DNA of 64,000 nucleotides. Source: Tubiluchus corallicola (Eukaryota > Animalia > Priapulida). A program made the translations under genes and the position numbers. The stretch lies in contig JAQGDQ010000066.1 in the NCBI GenBank assembly GCA_030141605.1, positions 372,001 through 436,000 on the forward strand. Reading direction: 5' to 3'. How positions within the stretch are numbered: the stretch's first letter is position 1; every line of letters starts with the position of its first letter. A model generated the notes under the pieces. It worked only from the letters and a program-made list of their open reading frames with translations. It did not search any database and was not told where the DNA came from. Of this stretch, positions 1 through 14,210 are shown piece after piece.

Positions 1-798
1 TTCATTATCACAATTTCGCTTAAGATTATATATATAGCAATAAGCCAATTATTTGGTTCAAAAAAATTGTGGCGATGGTACATTCTGTTTAAAGTTTTTA
101 AAATATGCGTTGGTTCAAAAAGTTGGGGTACATTCATTTTCGAGTTCTTTTTTTGATACGCGTTGGTGCAAAAGTCGTGATCTTTTTAAAGCTTTTTATA
201 ACTATATACTGGTTGATAGTGAGCTATATAAGCTTGATGTCTTACTGATGACAACATGCAGAAATCGTCCAAAGATTATTTATTAACCTTTAAATTTTAA
301 TGTGAAAAATAGATAAATCGAATCGAAATTGTGTATTTTATAAGTCCTTTTAATATGGCATAATTTTTTGGCAAACTCCGCATCAATGGCGTCGGAACAT
401 CCCTCACCTATTACATTAACTTTTTTAACTTTTAACTTTTATTTTTCATTCCACCACATCACAATTTGGAAACATTATGCATGTAATTGTATTTGTGGTT
501 TACATGCCAAAAACGCTGCAAAACGTACAGATCGTCCAGACCATTAACATAAATAGCATATAAAGTAGATCGATGATGACAAGTGGTGATGAACATTAAA
601 TGATCAAACTATACAGGATGTTAACTATTAATACTATTACTCTACAGGATTTTACGTATGATTGAAGTACAAACATGCTCAACCTGAAGTGAAATAATTA
701 TATAACAGGCCTGGGATCAACTTAATTAAAGATGAAAACTTTTGTTAATAAGTCATCGAAGGTGGCAAACACGTAACATTAGCTTTCTGTCATCTCAC

Positions 799-3700
799 CT
801 GCCCAATAAATATATTTCCAGCTGCATTCAATGATTCAGCTGCTGTGGTTTCCATGGTAAACTGCATCAGCCAGGCGACTTTTTTGATGACGACTTGCAT
901 CACTCCCATATAGTAGAGGACGGAAATGACGGAACTGAAATACACCACCACCGGAAGTACCTACAAAAAGAATAGAAAATTTTATTTTCACGACTTATAG
1001 CTAAAGACAAACAACTTTAAGATATTGTTAGGTAGCCTACCCTCTACAAACTACTATTACAATTGGTAGTGCAGATAAATACAAATCAACAAAAATTAAA
1101 ATCAAAGGCCGATTTTACCATTTGGTGTTAACAACCTGCGCAGAACTGTGAACCTGCAGTTATTTCCAGATGTAGGTCTCACGCATTCAGTACAATAGTC
1201 AGTGATATTAGTACTAAATATCGAGTACTAAATAGCACTCTAACAATACAAGAAAAAGAAGAATAATGTTAGGCCTACAATAAAAAATACGCCAGGTAAA
1301 ATTTGTGTCAGATTTTTAAAGGGTTGTCATGCAAAGAGGAAAACGGTCTGTGAAGAATGTTAGCAACTAATAGGCAATGCACACTTTTGGAAAGTTTAGT
1401 AAAGTAATTTGTGTTACTTCCTAGTCAAAAACTTAGGGTCGATATTACGGTTCTCACATGCGGACAAACTCACCAAAAATATCGCCCCTCCGTGAATGAC
1501 ATTGTTCTTGAAATCCTTGCAAAATAATAAAGACCCGGTGTATAGGAGATTTGTAAAGAGCACTAATGTTCAACATAATAGGACACAAGTAGTTATAAGG
1601 ATGACACCAAGAGAAAATAAAACCCAGAACTGCGTTTTTATGAGCGAAACTGTAGTAAAATTGTGTCTCTTGTGTTAGTGGAAAATATCTAAATATACGT
1701 AATACAGAGGAAGTGTAATAGAGCGCATGTGCATTATCTTGAAACATTAACTTTGCAGTAAAATGCATGCAAAGCGTTAGTGATTTAACTAATGTATACG
1801 CCCACCAAGATCACTTGTATTTCACAAAAAATTTGCACAAATTCGTTTCGAATCAAAGGGTTAATCTGGAGCTAATCTGGATTAACTTTCATTATTCTAT
1901 ATAATGTAGTGTGTCTGTGCCATCTGGGGTGTACTATCAACTCTTTTTATGTTGCAAGGAATACTCATACGTGTACATTCACCTGAATGTCAGTTATCCA
2001 GATTTTCTAACTACTTACAGCAAAGGCAAAGTTGGTGAGCACTTTTTCGACGTTGTCGTCTTCGTCCAACTGAAACTCCCCAAATACGAATTTGGCACCT
2101 GCATCAGTGAAGGCTAGGAAAATGGTGACTTTATCTCCTAGCCATGTAAAAACAAGATTACCAACGTAGGTTCGCAGAATAAGCAGAGCGAAGATGAACT
2201 GTAGTCCCAGCCCCCATAAAACGGGTCTCCACCTAACCTGTTTAATAAATTATTGTTAATACTACCATGTTTAAATAAGGCAATAAAAACTATGTATAAT
2301 AATCATCATCGTACATTACCAATATAACCAATTTTTGAAAACGATACAATAATCATGAATGCAATAGATGACCATGTAATTCTGAATACATTTTTCCTCC
2401 CATAGGCCTACTAGCAGCATTACAGGTGACCACTTTAGTCTGTTTTGTTCATTTATAACAATGAAATGCCTTACTAAACGTCTAGTTATAACAATGGCTT
2501 TAGCTTCAAACCCTGTTCCTATGGTTTATCAGTGTACATTACAAAACTAAAACAATAGTTCAAATAATCAACGTACATTTTCTGTATTTTCAATATAAAT
2601 AATTTAAAAAATACGAATCAGTAGAGCAAAATACGAGCATTCAATGTGCGTTATCAATATTTTTGAAAAACAAAACTACAATCGTCACGAGTTTTCCGGC
2701 CAATTAAAACTCTTCCGTTCGTGACTTTTGTGCCATAAGTAACCTTTTACGTAACTTGCTACATATGTGCTGAATTTTACATACCGAGTTTTATGAACTT
2801 TGTAAATATCATTTGTATATAGCTATCTTGATATTAAATTGTAGTGTCACCTGTTAACTATTTTTTTACAAATACTAATACCGGGTCATATGGCCAAGCT
2901 GTCGATTTTAGATTAGGGTTACCTCAATGTCAGAATTAAAACGAGCGTTAAGTCTGCAGCAACATGTATAATAATCTTGCAGAAATAAGCTCATGTTTGC
3001 GCTACTGCTAATCTGTGTGTAGCTTTAGGCCTACTGCTTGTTGTCATTGAAATTTATCATAAAAAAAGTTACCGAGAGCGTAGATTTGTTGTCAATTACT
3101 TAACAACAAAAGTTGGAAATTTAGTGTCTAAGAATTGCAGGAATTTTGCTGAAGGATATACGAGGACAATGAGCCTTATGTTCGACCTGTTACACTAAGA
3201 CTTCTCCCAAATGTTGAGTACCTAGCCCTGTAAACGTTAACTAGCCATTATCACACAAAATATTCCTTCCAAGTTTTTATGAGCGTCGTAAAGTCACAGT
3301 CAGACAATTACATAAAGGATGATTCAACATAACACACCCGAGGAAAAACTATTGTATTCCTTTAGAACGTTGTTAGCCATAAACTGCAACGAAGATTTCT
3401 AGGTGGTCGGGCAGTATTAGCGTGCTTGGCTTGCAGAAATGGTTAGTAATGATCATGTCACTAAATTTATTTGTAGATGGATATAAAAAAGTTCGTGGAA
3501 CTTGTTTCTATTTTATAAAGTTTTGTTGTTTTCTCAGTTGTAGTATTTGTTTGTTTGTTTACTTGGTAGCTTTCATTTTATACATTTGTTTTGGGTAGTT
3601 ATTCTGTAGATTCAAATATGAAAATCACCTCTTTAATAAAATTCAGTTCAATTTTAATTAGTACTACACTAGAAAGTACTAGAAAGTATTTTTGAAAACG

Positions 3701-5856
3701 CTTCAACTTGTTCAATATGGCATTACTGCTAACTTTAGAAAAAGAAAACGGAAATTTGACATATTTAGCAACAAGGATAATAGATCAAATTTCCATTAGT
3801 TTTACTTTAGGTTGCAGTTTACGTAAAAACCACGGTCAGAAGTCTACAAAGTTAAACAAATAGTAAAAACAATACACTTGATTTGGCGCCATCTATGACT
3901 GCACGTACAAACAAAATGCATTTACCCATCTTGACATGGTGATATGAGTCTCTTGTGACATACTTACGTGTGAGGGGTGTCTGGAAAAGACGAAACAAAA
4001 CAAGCAAAGAGTAAATAGTCCAACAGCAGAAATGAGATTGTTTGGCCTCTCGTGTAAGCTCAAACCAGCAAACAATATAACAACAATCAATACGACCACA
4101 ACAGAATAAACCAACCTGGAAAAAATAAAATAACTATAATGATAGCCTTCAAAACAGGTTTACAAAAACTAAATAATTTAGTGGAATGAAAGAACTACAG
4201 TTTATTAACCGGCAGCTAGCTTTTTGTGCATGAAAATTATCGCTTATTGGATAGTAAGATGTGTTAAAGATAAACACAAGATAAAGGAAATAATCTTCTT
4301 TGTGAGATTCTTTGCATTTACTGTAATACCAAGTAAGATGAAATGAATGAAAATGAAACGAAGCTTTGAGGCTTCAACTAGTGAACAAAGAAACGACAAC
4401 AAAACGGGCAGGAAGGAGGAAACAAACTGGAGAGGGGAGAGATTTCTAGAATCAAAAGGATATACTCACTCCTGGTCATACTAACATAGTCCTACAAGTG
4501 CTTTTACTTTTGGGGACGGAGCTGTTTTGGAATCGGAATTATTTTTCAAACCGTATAGTGCTTAGAAATCTCCTGGGCCGATTATAGCTTTTTCTCTCTT
4601 ATATAGCCTACCCAAAATCTGTTAAGTGCAACGCAACGCAACGAAACGACAACATGAAATATCTAAATAACGTAAATTAACATAGCAACAATTAAACAAA
4701 TGTTAATACACACAAGCGATAATTTACAGTTTAAAACACTTACCATTTTAACCAATACCATTGTTTTTCAATCTTTTCCGCCATACGGTCCCATAGTTTA
4801 GTACAGGAAGCCTCGTATAATGGCTTAGTCTTATAATAAATGTATATAAGAACAACAAACACAGTGATACCAATGAGTTCTTTGATTCCCTTGGGCATAT
4901 AACCAAGTGGTTTCTTATAATGGCGCACATTGTACGCTATAGCCGCGAAAAAGTATATAAAATACAGAAGAAGCGCTATTATTCCTATAATTATCCATAT
5001 TGTCCGTTTGTTTTTCGTGTAAAAATCTGACACTGCATTGACCACTTTTCCAACACAGTTCGATTCCGGTTCCGGTGCGTCGTCCGGCTTACCGTGCTTC
5101 GGCTTTTCGTCTTCGTCCATTGATAGGGCATAAGTATTTCCATCATCTTGCTTCGCCTAAAACAAAGAACAGGACTTGCTCACACCATGTACACACTCGT
5201 GACAAGGCGTTAGGTGAACTCTAATTTTTTGAATACAGGTTATTAAACTATTTCACAAAGTTCTAAAATCTTAACTGAATTGAAATACCGTTTTCTTACT
5301 GCATGACTTGTGTTTCATTGCCTAATCCTGGCTACATATCTAAATTTAAATTACGTCATGGTTTTCTAGACGGAGAAACCATATTACTAGGCTACGTCAT
5401 ATATAAAAAATAATCAATGAAAAATCGTGAAAATGAACACATAGCCCAGAAGTAAAATGTATGCGCAAATAAATATATGATTAAAGTTTGCCTTTTGCCC
5501 TATATCAAAAAAACTTTAAAAAATCTACTAGTTTCCAGATTTTGGAAGCAAAAAAGATCAAAATCCAATGTCTTTCTAGAAGGATTACATACGTATTCAG
5601 GTTCAACAGCTCCACGGTAAACATGATCTGCTTCTATAGATTCGTTTAATTTCGTATCCAATCCGGAATCTATCGATTTATTGTGATCGGCTCCATTCTG
5701 CTGGTGATGTTCTGGGCCACTCCTTTCATCTAGGTTATCATAATCCGGAGGAGCCGCTTCAGTGGGTTGATCAGATCCCGGCCTCTCCCCCGCCTCCTCT
5801 TCAAACGCCGGATTGTCGTAAACTTTCGATGCATCTTTTTTGTCTCCTTCCGGCAT
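799..5856 (-). CDS. SLC28A3: Concentrative Na+/nucleoside cotransporter (SLC28/CNT family), 5' part; gene continues past the left edge
   Basis: Phase-consistent GT-AG exons 5856-5593, 5156-4744, 4115-3968, 2237-2019, 960-799. The translation contains CNT hallmarks: NLISAVGLFTLCLFCFVFSRHPSHVRWRPVLWGLGLQFIFALLILRT, FLAFTDAGAKFVFG and FAFAVLPVVVYFSSVISVLYYMGVMQ...TTAAESLNAAGNIFIGQ. The family call is secure; the symbol only marks the nearest vertebrate type, and orthology was not tested. Confidence 0.93.
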
Positions 5857-6479
5857 AATTAGAAACGACTAGGTGTGAAATCTGCAACACTGAAAAAGTT
5901 GTTTTTTCTCGAGTGCATTACCTCATCACAAGTTTTAAAGCAAACACATCTTCGCCAATTGCAGCCAATTTTCATGTTCATTAGATTGGAAAATGTAGGA
6001 AAACATTTACAGTATAACACGTGTGCAGAAATAATTGTATTAGCACAAGAGTACGACTTCGCTATGCTTTTGAAAATGAATATAGAGATGCTATAATAAT
6101 AGTCAAATTGCTGGATTAGAACACTGTTTAAAGTGTGTATTTGTACAATTTAATTTCAAAAATAAATGATATTGCAGTCAAGGAATTAATAAATTTAAAA
6201 CCAATAAAGCATATAATGAATAGCAATTTATCCGACGTCTATTTGTTGAAGAAAGGAAGTGATTCACCCACTGAACCTGGGATTTGTACTTGAGTCCTAG
6301 TGGACCTAGTGCAACAGTACTTGCTCTGTTTGCCTTGTTATCATGGCTCTCTGCTGAGAAAGCTGATTTGAATTCTCATCATCACAGCACACACTCAATC
6401 AGGCCCCAAACTAACTACGTTGGTCTCAGTAAAGGTGTAAACATTGGCCCTATGGGGCAAAAAGTAACATCTTTCATGA

Positions 6480-6632
6480 TGTAACCCTGACCATTGATTT
6501 TTGAACCCAAATAGCTTTTGGTTTCCAGGTCTTGCCCAGGCTGAACATTGGTGATAATAGCTTCATCTGTTTAAATGTCATTGTGCTGACAGACACACAA
6601 ATGAACACACACACAGGTGATTAAAAACATTA
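6480..6632. mobile_element. Degenerate non-autonomous element of the Helitron/Helentron-associated type (TGACC-rich core, ACAG/AC microsatellite end)
   Basis: TGACCATTGATTTTTGAACC core followed by GACAGACACACAAATGAACACACACAC. Similar TGACCTT-type stretches occur at ~35410-35770 and ~43380-43580. Family assignment is by recollection only. Confidence 0.3.
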
Positions 6633-8127
6633 TGATGCAATTATTACCATCGGCGTGCTTGTGTAATTAAGCGAATGACAAAAATTCACTAATGGATGGT
6701 ATAACTGTTCCTAAAAATTAACAAACATACAAGTTTAAATTCGAATATAATTAGCATAAATATTTCTGATACATTAACATTGGTTGGTTTCTTTGATTAA
6801 TAAGTTAATTGTGTGTTTAATTAGTATCTATTGTAAGCCATTATTTTTATTAATTTCAGGGTACCAAAAATCACCATCCATTATATGCCATTACTAAGTT
6901 ATTACCAGTTAATTATCTAATGAATCCTTCACTTATTTTGAGAACATAAGTTATCGCTATATTATAAACAACTTCAAATAATTCGTAATAGTACCTTAGT
7001 AACTCAGTAACTTATAGTAAGTCTCATCAAAGAGCATGCTTAACATTAATCAATATTTTGTAAAATTATCTTTCCAAAAGAGCGCAAATTTGACGCTTCA
7101 ACAAGCAAGTTTATGGTTACCAAAAGAAAGTATACAGCATCAAAAAGTGCCACGTGATTTACCTTATCAATTGTTTAGCTAAAACTTAGTCCTTACTCAA
7201 TCACATGCGAGACTTTTTGCCATTTTAAGCTCGATGGGTGCTCTTATCACAAACGTTAGGTGTCTTCTTTGGAGAAAAATAAAATAGCTTTAAGATTTAT
7301 TTGCCGTGGAATAATTCAACACCACAAACGCTGCTATTTTTTGCCAAAACTGTTTACATTGCTCTGTAATTTTTATTCATTGGCAAAATTAAATCGTTGT
7401 TTTTCTTAATTTAGAGGTCACCTCAAACCGATTTCATTGAAAAACAAATTCAGTTGTCCATAACGTCTCCACTTCTTGTACATTTTAAGAAAAAGTTAAG
7501 TCATTAAAAATTTCTGCGTTTTGAATCGATTTAAGCTACTTAAAACCGGTTTCTGTAACCAGGGGAAGGCCGCATATACTCGTATCAAGTAAAGAGATTA
7601 TTATGAAACGTAAATTGAAAGTTTGCGCTTTTGCCCAGCCTCTTTTTGTTATCTGTTATTATCTACATAGTTCCAAAATTGTAACTACTATTTGTTATTT
7701 GGAAAACCTATCCTCGCTACTTTAAAAACCATTTAGATCATTTTTGACAAAATCAGCAAAACAGGCTTGTTTGAGGGTAGGCCTATGTACATAAAGGGCG
7801 TCTGGTCTGCAGTGTAAGCAGTTGTCCTATAAACATATATACTTGCAAAAATCATTTCTTAGGAAACTTTTAATAAATCCTAGAATAAACAGCAGCTTTA
7901 TTTTAGCGCGCAGATCTATAGTAAGTGTAAAAGAGTTATTAGAGATTTAATATTCCTGTTAAGAGTGATTACAAATTTTACGAAATAAAGTTTCTTTTCC
8001 CGCTCAGTAATTGCTCGGCAGTTGATACAGATTTAAACTAATGCAGCTTTGCGGCTTACAATTAAATAGACATTCGTTTTTAAAATTTTCTTTTCCTAGT
8101 CACTGGTCAGCCGATGGCACCTGAGCA

Positions 8128-8372
8128 CATTACACCTTATCCATAATTCTGCACCATTACTACCACCTTATGCATAATGCTGCACCATTACTACCACCTT
8201 ATGCATAATGCTGCACCATTACTACCACCTTATGCATAATGCTGCACCATTACTTCCACCTTATGCATAATGCTGCACCATTACTACCACGTTATGCATA
8301 ATGCTACACAATTACTACCATGCTATACATAATGCTACACCATTATTGCCACGTTATGCATAATGCTACACT
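8128..8372. repeat. 31-bp minisatellite, about 7-8 copies
   Basis: Head-to-tail unit CATTACTACCACCTTATGCATAATGCTGCAC with period 31 (8161 to 8192) and no spacers. Confidence 0.92.
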
Positions 8373-8564
8373 GATTAAATACCAATACTGTATACAAAAC
8401 CTGTTTCCCGATCTATACCTGAAGTTATTATAAAACTAATTAAAACTATCATATACCTGCACGTTCTCTACCCTTTGTGTAGAGACTGTTATAGCCTATA
8501 TCTGGATCCACAGTGTGTAAAGTAAGTAACTGCCGTAGGGTTTGACTGACGTAGCCCCTTGCTA

Positions 8565-9076
8565 ACGTAAACTTTGTCAACAGAAAATATTGATTAAATA
8601 AGCTACAAATGCCACAAAGTTTAGTGTTTGTGAAGTTGTTCGCAGCAGAGCTTTGCCACAGAAATTCAGGTTTCAAAACATTGACTTTAATGCCCATTTA
8701 GAGAGGTTTTAGAAACACATGTTGTGCTTTACATTTGAATTTGTTACTGCTTAGACATATTCAGAACGTAATACGGCAATGGTGAAACTATCAAATGTTG
8801 GTAGGTAAAATTCGTAATAGCAATTGCAGTATTCGATAATTTCACAATTAATGTATTACGTTTTGAATATGTCTAAGTATATTGAGCATAACAAATTCAA
8901 ATAAAAAAGCAAAATATGTATTTCTAAAAGCTCTTTGCATTGGCATTAAAGTTAATATTGTGAAACATGAATTTCTGTGGTAAAGCTCTGCTGCTCCGTT
9001 GACACTTCACAAACACTAAATTTTGTGGCGTTTGTAGTTTATTTAATGAACATTTGTCTGTTGGCAAAGTGTACGT
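8565..9076. mobile_element. Long foldback/MITE-like inverted repeat
   Basis: The left arm (ACGTAAACTTTGTCAACAGA...GCAGCAGAGCTTTGCCACAGAAATTCA...CTTAGACATATTCAGAACGTAATAC) is the imperfect reverse complement of the right arm (GTATTACGTTTTGAATATGTCTAAG...TGAATTTCTGTGGTAAAGCTCTGCTGC...TCTGTTGGCAAAGTGTACGT). Confidence 0.8.
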
Positions 9077-9080
9077 GAAG

Positions 9081-9545
9081 TTTTAGAAAGCTGGAATTTT
9101 TAAGGGCCCGAGATAGGAGACCTCACAATGCGTAAATGCTTATAAAACAATGAAATTTAACTCGAAGTCTGTGAGGAGTTGAACAGCAATCGAAAAAGTG
9201 ACCGATGTCTAGTGTCCTTAACCCTTTGACAGAGAACATTGTGCACCACGCCACGTTCAAGACCCTACCCCAGTTTCTATCCTGCAAGTTTCGCGTGTCT
9301 AGCCTTCTGCGTTTGTATGTTAACATGAAATAAAAATGGATGCCCTAATTTTCACATACTGGCTAATGTCTCGGTCCTTTAGATAATTCAAGTTTTACCA
9401 TTGTCTGAGCCCCTAACCCAACTCCAGATCATCCAGGTGTCTTACTCAGCAAGTTCGCAACTCTAGTTACTACAGTTTTAGAGTTATCCAATGTTATGCA
9501 TTTAGGCTCCTATCTGTGGCCCTTAAAAATCTTATCTTTATAAAA
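9081..9545. mobile_element. MITE with ~40-bp terminal inverted repeats
   Basis: Left ATTTTTAAGGGCCCGAGATAGGAGACCT pairs with right AGGCTCCTATCTGTGGCCCTTAAAAAT; no credible internal ORF. Confidence 0.65.
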
Positions 9546-12496
9546 TTAGCAGAACATCAGTTTAAGTTATAAATAAAACCAAAGCCAATTTGCTGCGTAT
9601 CAAATGTGGTCCAGATTCTGAGGGAAATGAAATCAAAAAGCAAGTTTTGTCTCCTCAATACCGATATTTTTGTTTGCCAAGCTGCCAAATTGTTTAGTAT
9701 AACTACTTATAATAACTGCGCTTAGCGGTTGGCAGGTCGTTTGAAATAACTCCCCGTATGTACGAGTCTCAAGAATTTTTTAAGCTTCAATTAAAAGAAG
9801 AAGCGCGTCTATAATTACATCTGATTACTCTGAGACACTTCGTAAGCTTGATCTATACACTTGTCAGTTTGCATTTGTGTCGAAGATGCAATTAATCCAT
9901 CAACAAAGAATTTTTCGCTTTCTCAGACCTCACATCAAAAGTGATTTTAGCAGAATTTAATTACAAGCAAATACTTTATCATTGTTAATCACATATTTTG
10001 ACTTTTATCAAACAATTGAGACCACAAACGTTGAACTATACGTATTGAAACTGAGAAAAAGCATTTTTCTGCGTTTTAAGATCAAACATGACTTATATAG
10101 GTCAGACTTATGGGTCAGTATTCTCACGTGTATTACGAAAAGTAACACATCAATAATCAGGGTCAAAACCAATATTTTGTGAGACTTCAGTGCTTACAGT
10201 CGCCTGAGGTCAAACGATAAACACAAGGCGGTTCTTTGAGATGAGAAAATAGTTCTGCATTACGAGGAATTTCACTACAACATGAGACATGTCACGGTAC
10301 GTCATACTCATTACAACTAAATATTAGCTATAAATAACAATTTCATAGAAATGTATGAAAACTTAGAATAAAGGTGTCGACATTACTTTGAATAAGTAAA
10401 TTTAGTTTTAAAAAAGTTACAGTAATACAAACATTTAAAGGAACGAATTACTAATGTATACATACATTTTCAGAACAGGCTGAGCAATGGAAATGATTAG
10501 CTAAGAACTGTACTGAAAATAAATATTTTTACTCAATATTTTAAAAAAAAATGTGGCTCGTTCATTTTGAGTTTGCATTTATGTGCAGTCAAAGGTTTCT
10601 TCTTCTGAGCATAATAGTAATTACAAATAACTAGCTATCGCTTGGGAGTAACATGAAAGCTAGACGAACCGAAATACTCAAACTAAAAAGTATTGGGTTC
10701 ACTCTTGTAATAACGTATACAAATGGTCCATTCCGGTTAACCTACTTAAAGTTTAGCAATTAACAATTAAAAGTGAATACTAATCAACTAAGGGACAAAA
10801 AATTGTATTCCAAGTGACAGGCTATCGACAAGTAGTAATTTGCAGAATTACAAAATTAGAAAAATTGACATTGACAAAAAGGTAAGATAACGTATAATTA
10901 ACACAACAGAAACATTAAAATTGATTTAATCACTAGTATTTTAATATCAATTAAAATGCTGTTAATTTAAAAAAAAATGTCTGCCTTTCGAGGTAGATTT
11001 AACACGACAAAGTCAAACTCAATAGTTTCCTCAAATAAAAAAGCTACATTCGCTATGCTTAAAACCAATATCCAAATTTTCAAACTGAATATAACTTACT
11101 ATTATAAGGTTACAAAAAACTACAGAGTACAAACTGTAGTTAGTCGAATTTTATTCTCCACTATTTGCCATGTCATATGTATATTCTTCATTATAAAGAC
11201 GTTACGTTTTCATGTCATATTATATCGATCATTCTTGGAACAGAAGTAGTGATGAATCAATATATGGTATCAAGTTTCTTTTAGGAAAAGCGACATTTAG
11301 ACCTACCTGCGTGAGATTTAGTTATAATCCTGCCGCTTGAGTGATGTTTCAAGAAAACCAAACTCAGTGCATGTGTGAATGTACAGCACCATAAAACAGA
11401 AAAAGAAAATACTAGTAGAATAAACTTACTGACCTCATCCAACACTAAACACCTGTATTACCTGTGCATACCTGGGAAAACGGCTTGTTTAAGGTGTTTC
11501 GATGCGCTTGAGTAGAACACCGGATCTTTTTGAAACGTGTCATCATTGGATGTCTTGCTGTGACGTAGGCAGCGTTTGATTGCTCGTTAGCTGAGTGGGC
11601 GAATATTATTCGTCCGAAATCCGGATTATTTGTGCTGTATTTTATTAGAAAAACGTACCCAAAACATGTAATTACTAAGCTTTGGTGAGTCACACACTGA
11701 ATTTTTTGGCTACTGACACAACTGATGTAGGTAACTATATAGATATCTCATATGTTACCATCAGTGATTTAAACATCAACATGAATTAAATTAGTTAGCT
11801 AATTTGTTAATTTATTGGCAATGGTAATAAATACACTACAACAAATAATAGAGCAAAGAGATCACATTTAAGTCCATTTTCGGGCTTTAAAATTAAAAAT
11901 ACTTATATTATTAATTTGTGTAATTTTCAATGTGTTTGCGAAGATGACTAACAAGTCGCAAAATTATATTCAACTTAGCAATGTGATATTTTTAATGTAC
12001 GTCGATAGTCTACCTGATTATTTATTGAACTTTCGGGCATGACTAGTGGAAAGCCTTAAAGTTAAAACAGGTTGTTTGAAGATTTTGCGATTTTCTTCAC
12101 AAAATTTTCCAAAACAACGCAACTTGAGAAAAACTACAAAACTGCGTCACTTTAGCAAAAAAAAGGCATATAATAAATGTGCTCAGTACATAGAATAAAA
12201 TTTATTTGGTCTGCTTCTTACTCATCTGGTATCAGTACCTATACCACTAGCACACCAACCCTGATAAATTTTGTGAAATGCAAAACCTAATTATTTTTAC
12301 ATTTTACATTCCATTAAACTCGTGTGAATAATTGCCGATTAGAAAAGGTTACTTGTCTCAACATTTTTGTTCAGAAATTCATCCTAATAAGCCTGTTTGC
12401 TGGGCAGCGCACAGCAGCATTTATTTAGTGCGAAAATTTGTTTTGATCATACAAAAGATGGCAGCACCAGCTATGCGGAATTTACTCAAAATCAGT

Positions 12497-13916
12497 TCAA
12501 TAAATTTTCTTTCGTGTAGTTCCACCATGTTGCATGGTGTTCATCCCTATAAGATGACTAAAGTAGTTACAGTAATCACAATATCCAGGCGAGCGCCTAG
12601 GAGGGCGTCCTAGAGTAGCAGTTCTACAAACACCTTGTTCACCTTTCTGTCCAACTGGTCCTCTAAGACCTCGCGGACCTGCTGGACCTGGTGGCCCCCT
12701 TTTACCCTCTACGCTCTCTCCTTGGGGTCCTCGGTCTCCTTTCAGCCCTTGTAGTCCCGGCAGTCCTATAGATCCACGTTGACCAGGCAAACCCGGTAAT
12801 CCTTGTAGTCCTCTAGATCCACGTTGGCCGAGTGGTCCTGGTAACCCTTGCGGCCCTGGGGGTCCAGTTTGTTCTAGCAATCTTTGCATTTTTGTTAAAA
12901 CAACTTCCATTTTTTCTTCAACAATCTCCTCACATATGTTGATGATTTTAGCGACAAAGATGTCATCATTGCCCTGTAAAAATTTTAAATAACAAAGTCA
13001 CACAAATATATTAAACTTTCTTCCAAACGTCAAAGGCCTTAAGCCAATATCTTTACTCCTTCAGTCATCATGTATGATTAGACATTAAAGCTGTGATAAC
13101 AATGTACAACTAATAAAATAAAATGTGATTTCAAGTGCAAGGCGCAATAATTTAATCACAAAAATTAATGCAGCTATTAGTAGTATGGATCTTTATTGTA
13201 TAGTAGTATAAATACTTTTTTGACCATTCATTCAAAGGCAAATAACGAATGCTACTTAAAGTAATATAATTACTGTCAGACAGTAATATGGATATAGAAT
13301 ATGCAAAATACGACAGATCTTTTTCATTTAACTTACTTTTCTAGTTATATCTTTATTACCATTGTCATAGTTTTTGGTGCTGATCGTATTAGAATCACTT
13401 TTAGCTTTTCTTTTCGGCAAGTTTGCATGATTCCTTATTTGTCTTTCTGTACGTTTTTCCTAAACCAATGAACCAATGTCTTCATAACGAACTTGTTAAT
13501 TTAAAAAAACTAATGCAATAAACCGTTTTTCAGTTAATATTATAAGTAAGAATTTTCAAACTGCAAACATAGATTGTGTATTTGTAGTCATGCACCAGAA
13601 TCAGCATCATAAAATTTATGTGTAATATCACGCTACATCACTTGCTTCTCTGAAATTAGCTAAGAGTACCTAAGCTTTTTATGCAAACGTCGATACATGT
13701 ATACATAATAAAATAATTATTGAAAGAGATAAAAGATGATATACATCTTTTCCTAAAAACTTGATGGCAACACAAATTCTAATAGACATAGTAACGATAA
13801 GCAGTAATAACAACATGAATGGTGGTTTCAACGAAGATAATGATGGCGAAGGCCACGATGACAACAATGATGATGATTATGCTATTGTTGCTGATAATGA
13901 TGATGATGGTGCTGCT

Positions 13917-13960
<44 letters not shown>

Positions 13961-14145
13961 CGACGATGATGATAACGACGATGCTGATGATTATGCTGTT
14001 GTTGTTGATTCTTATGATAATTATGATAATGTTGATGACACTGTTGCTGCTGATAATGATGTTGATGGCGATGATAATGATGAGTATGATTATCATGACG
14101 ACGGCGACGATGACGATGGTGATGATGATGATGATGATGATGAAA

Positions 14146-14210
<65 letters not shown>

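Noticed and set aside
8128-8372. CRISPR-like array (31-bp repeat with an internal palindrome)
   Set aside because: The units are contiguous with no unique spacers, there are no cas genes, and the context is eukaryotic.
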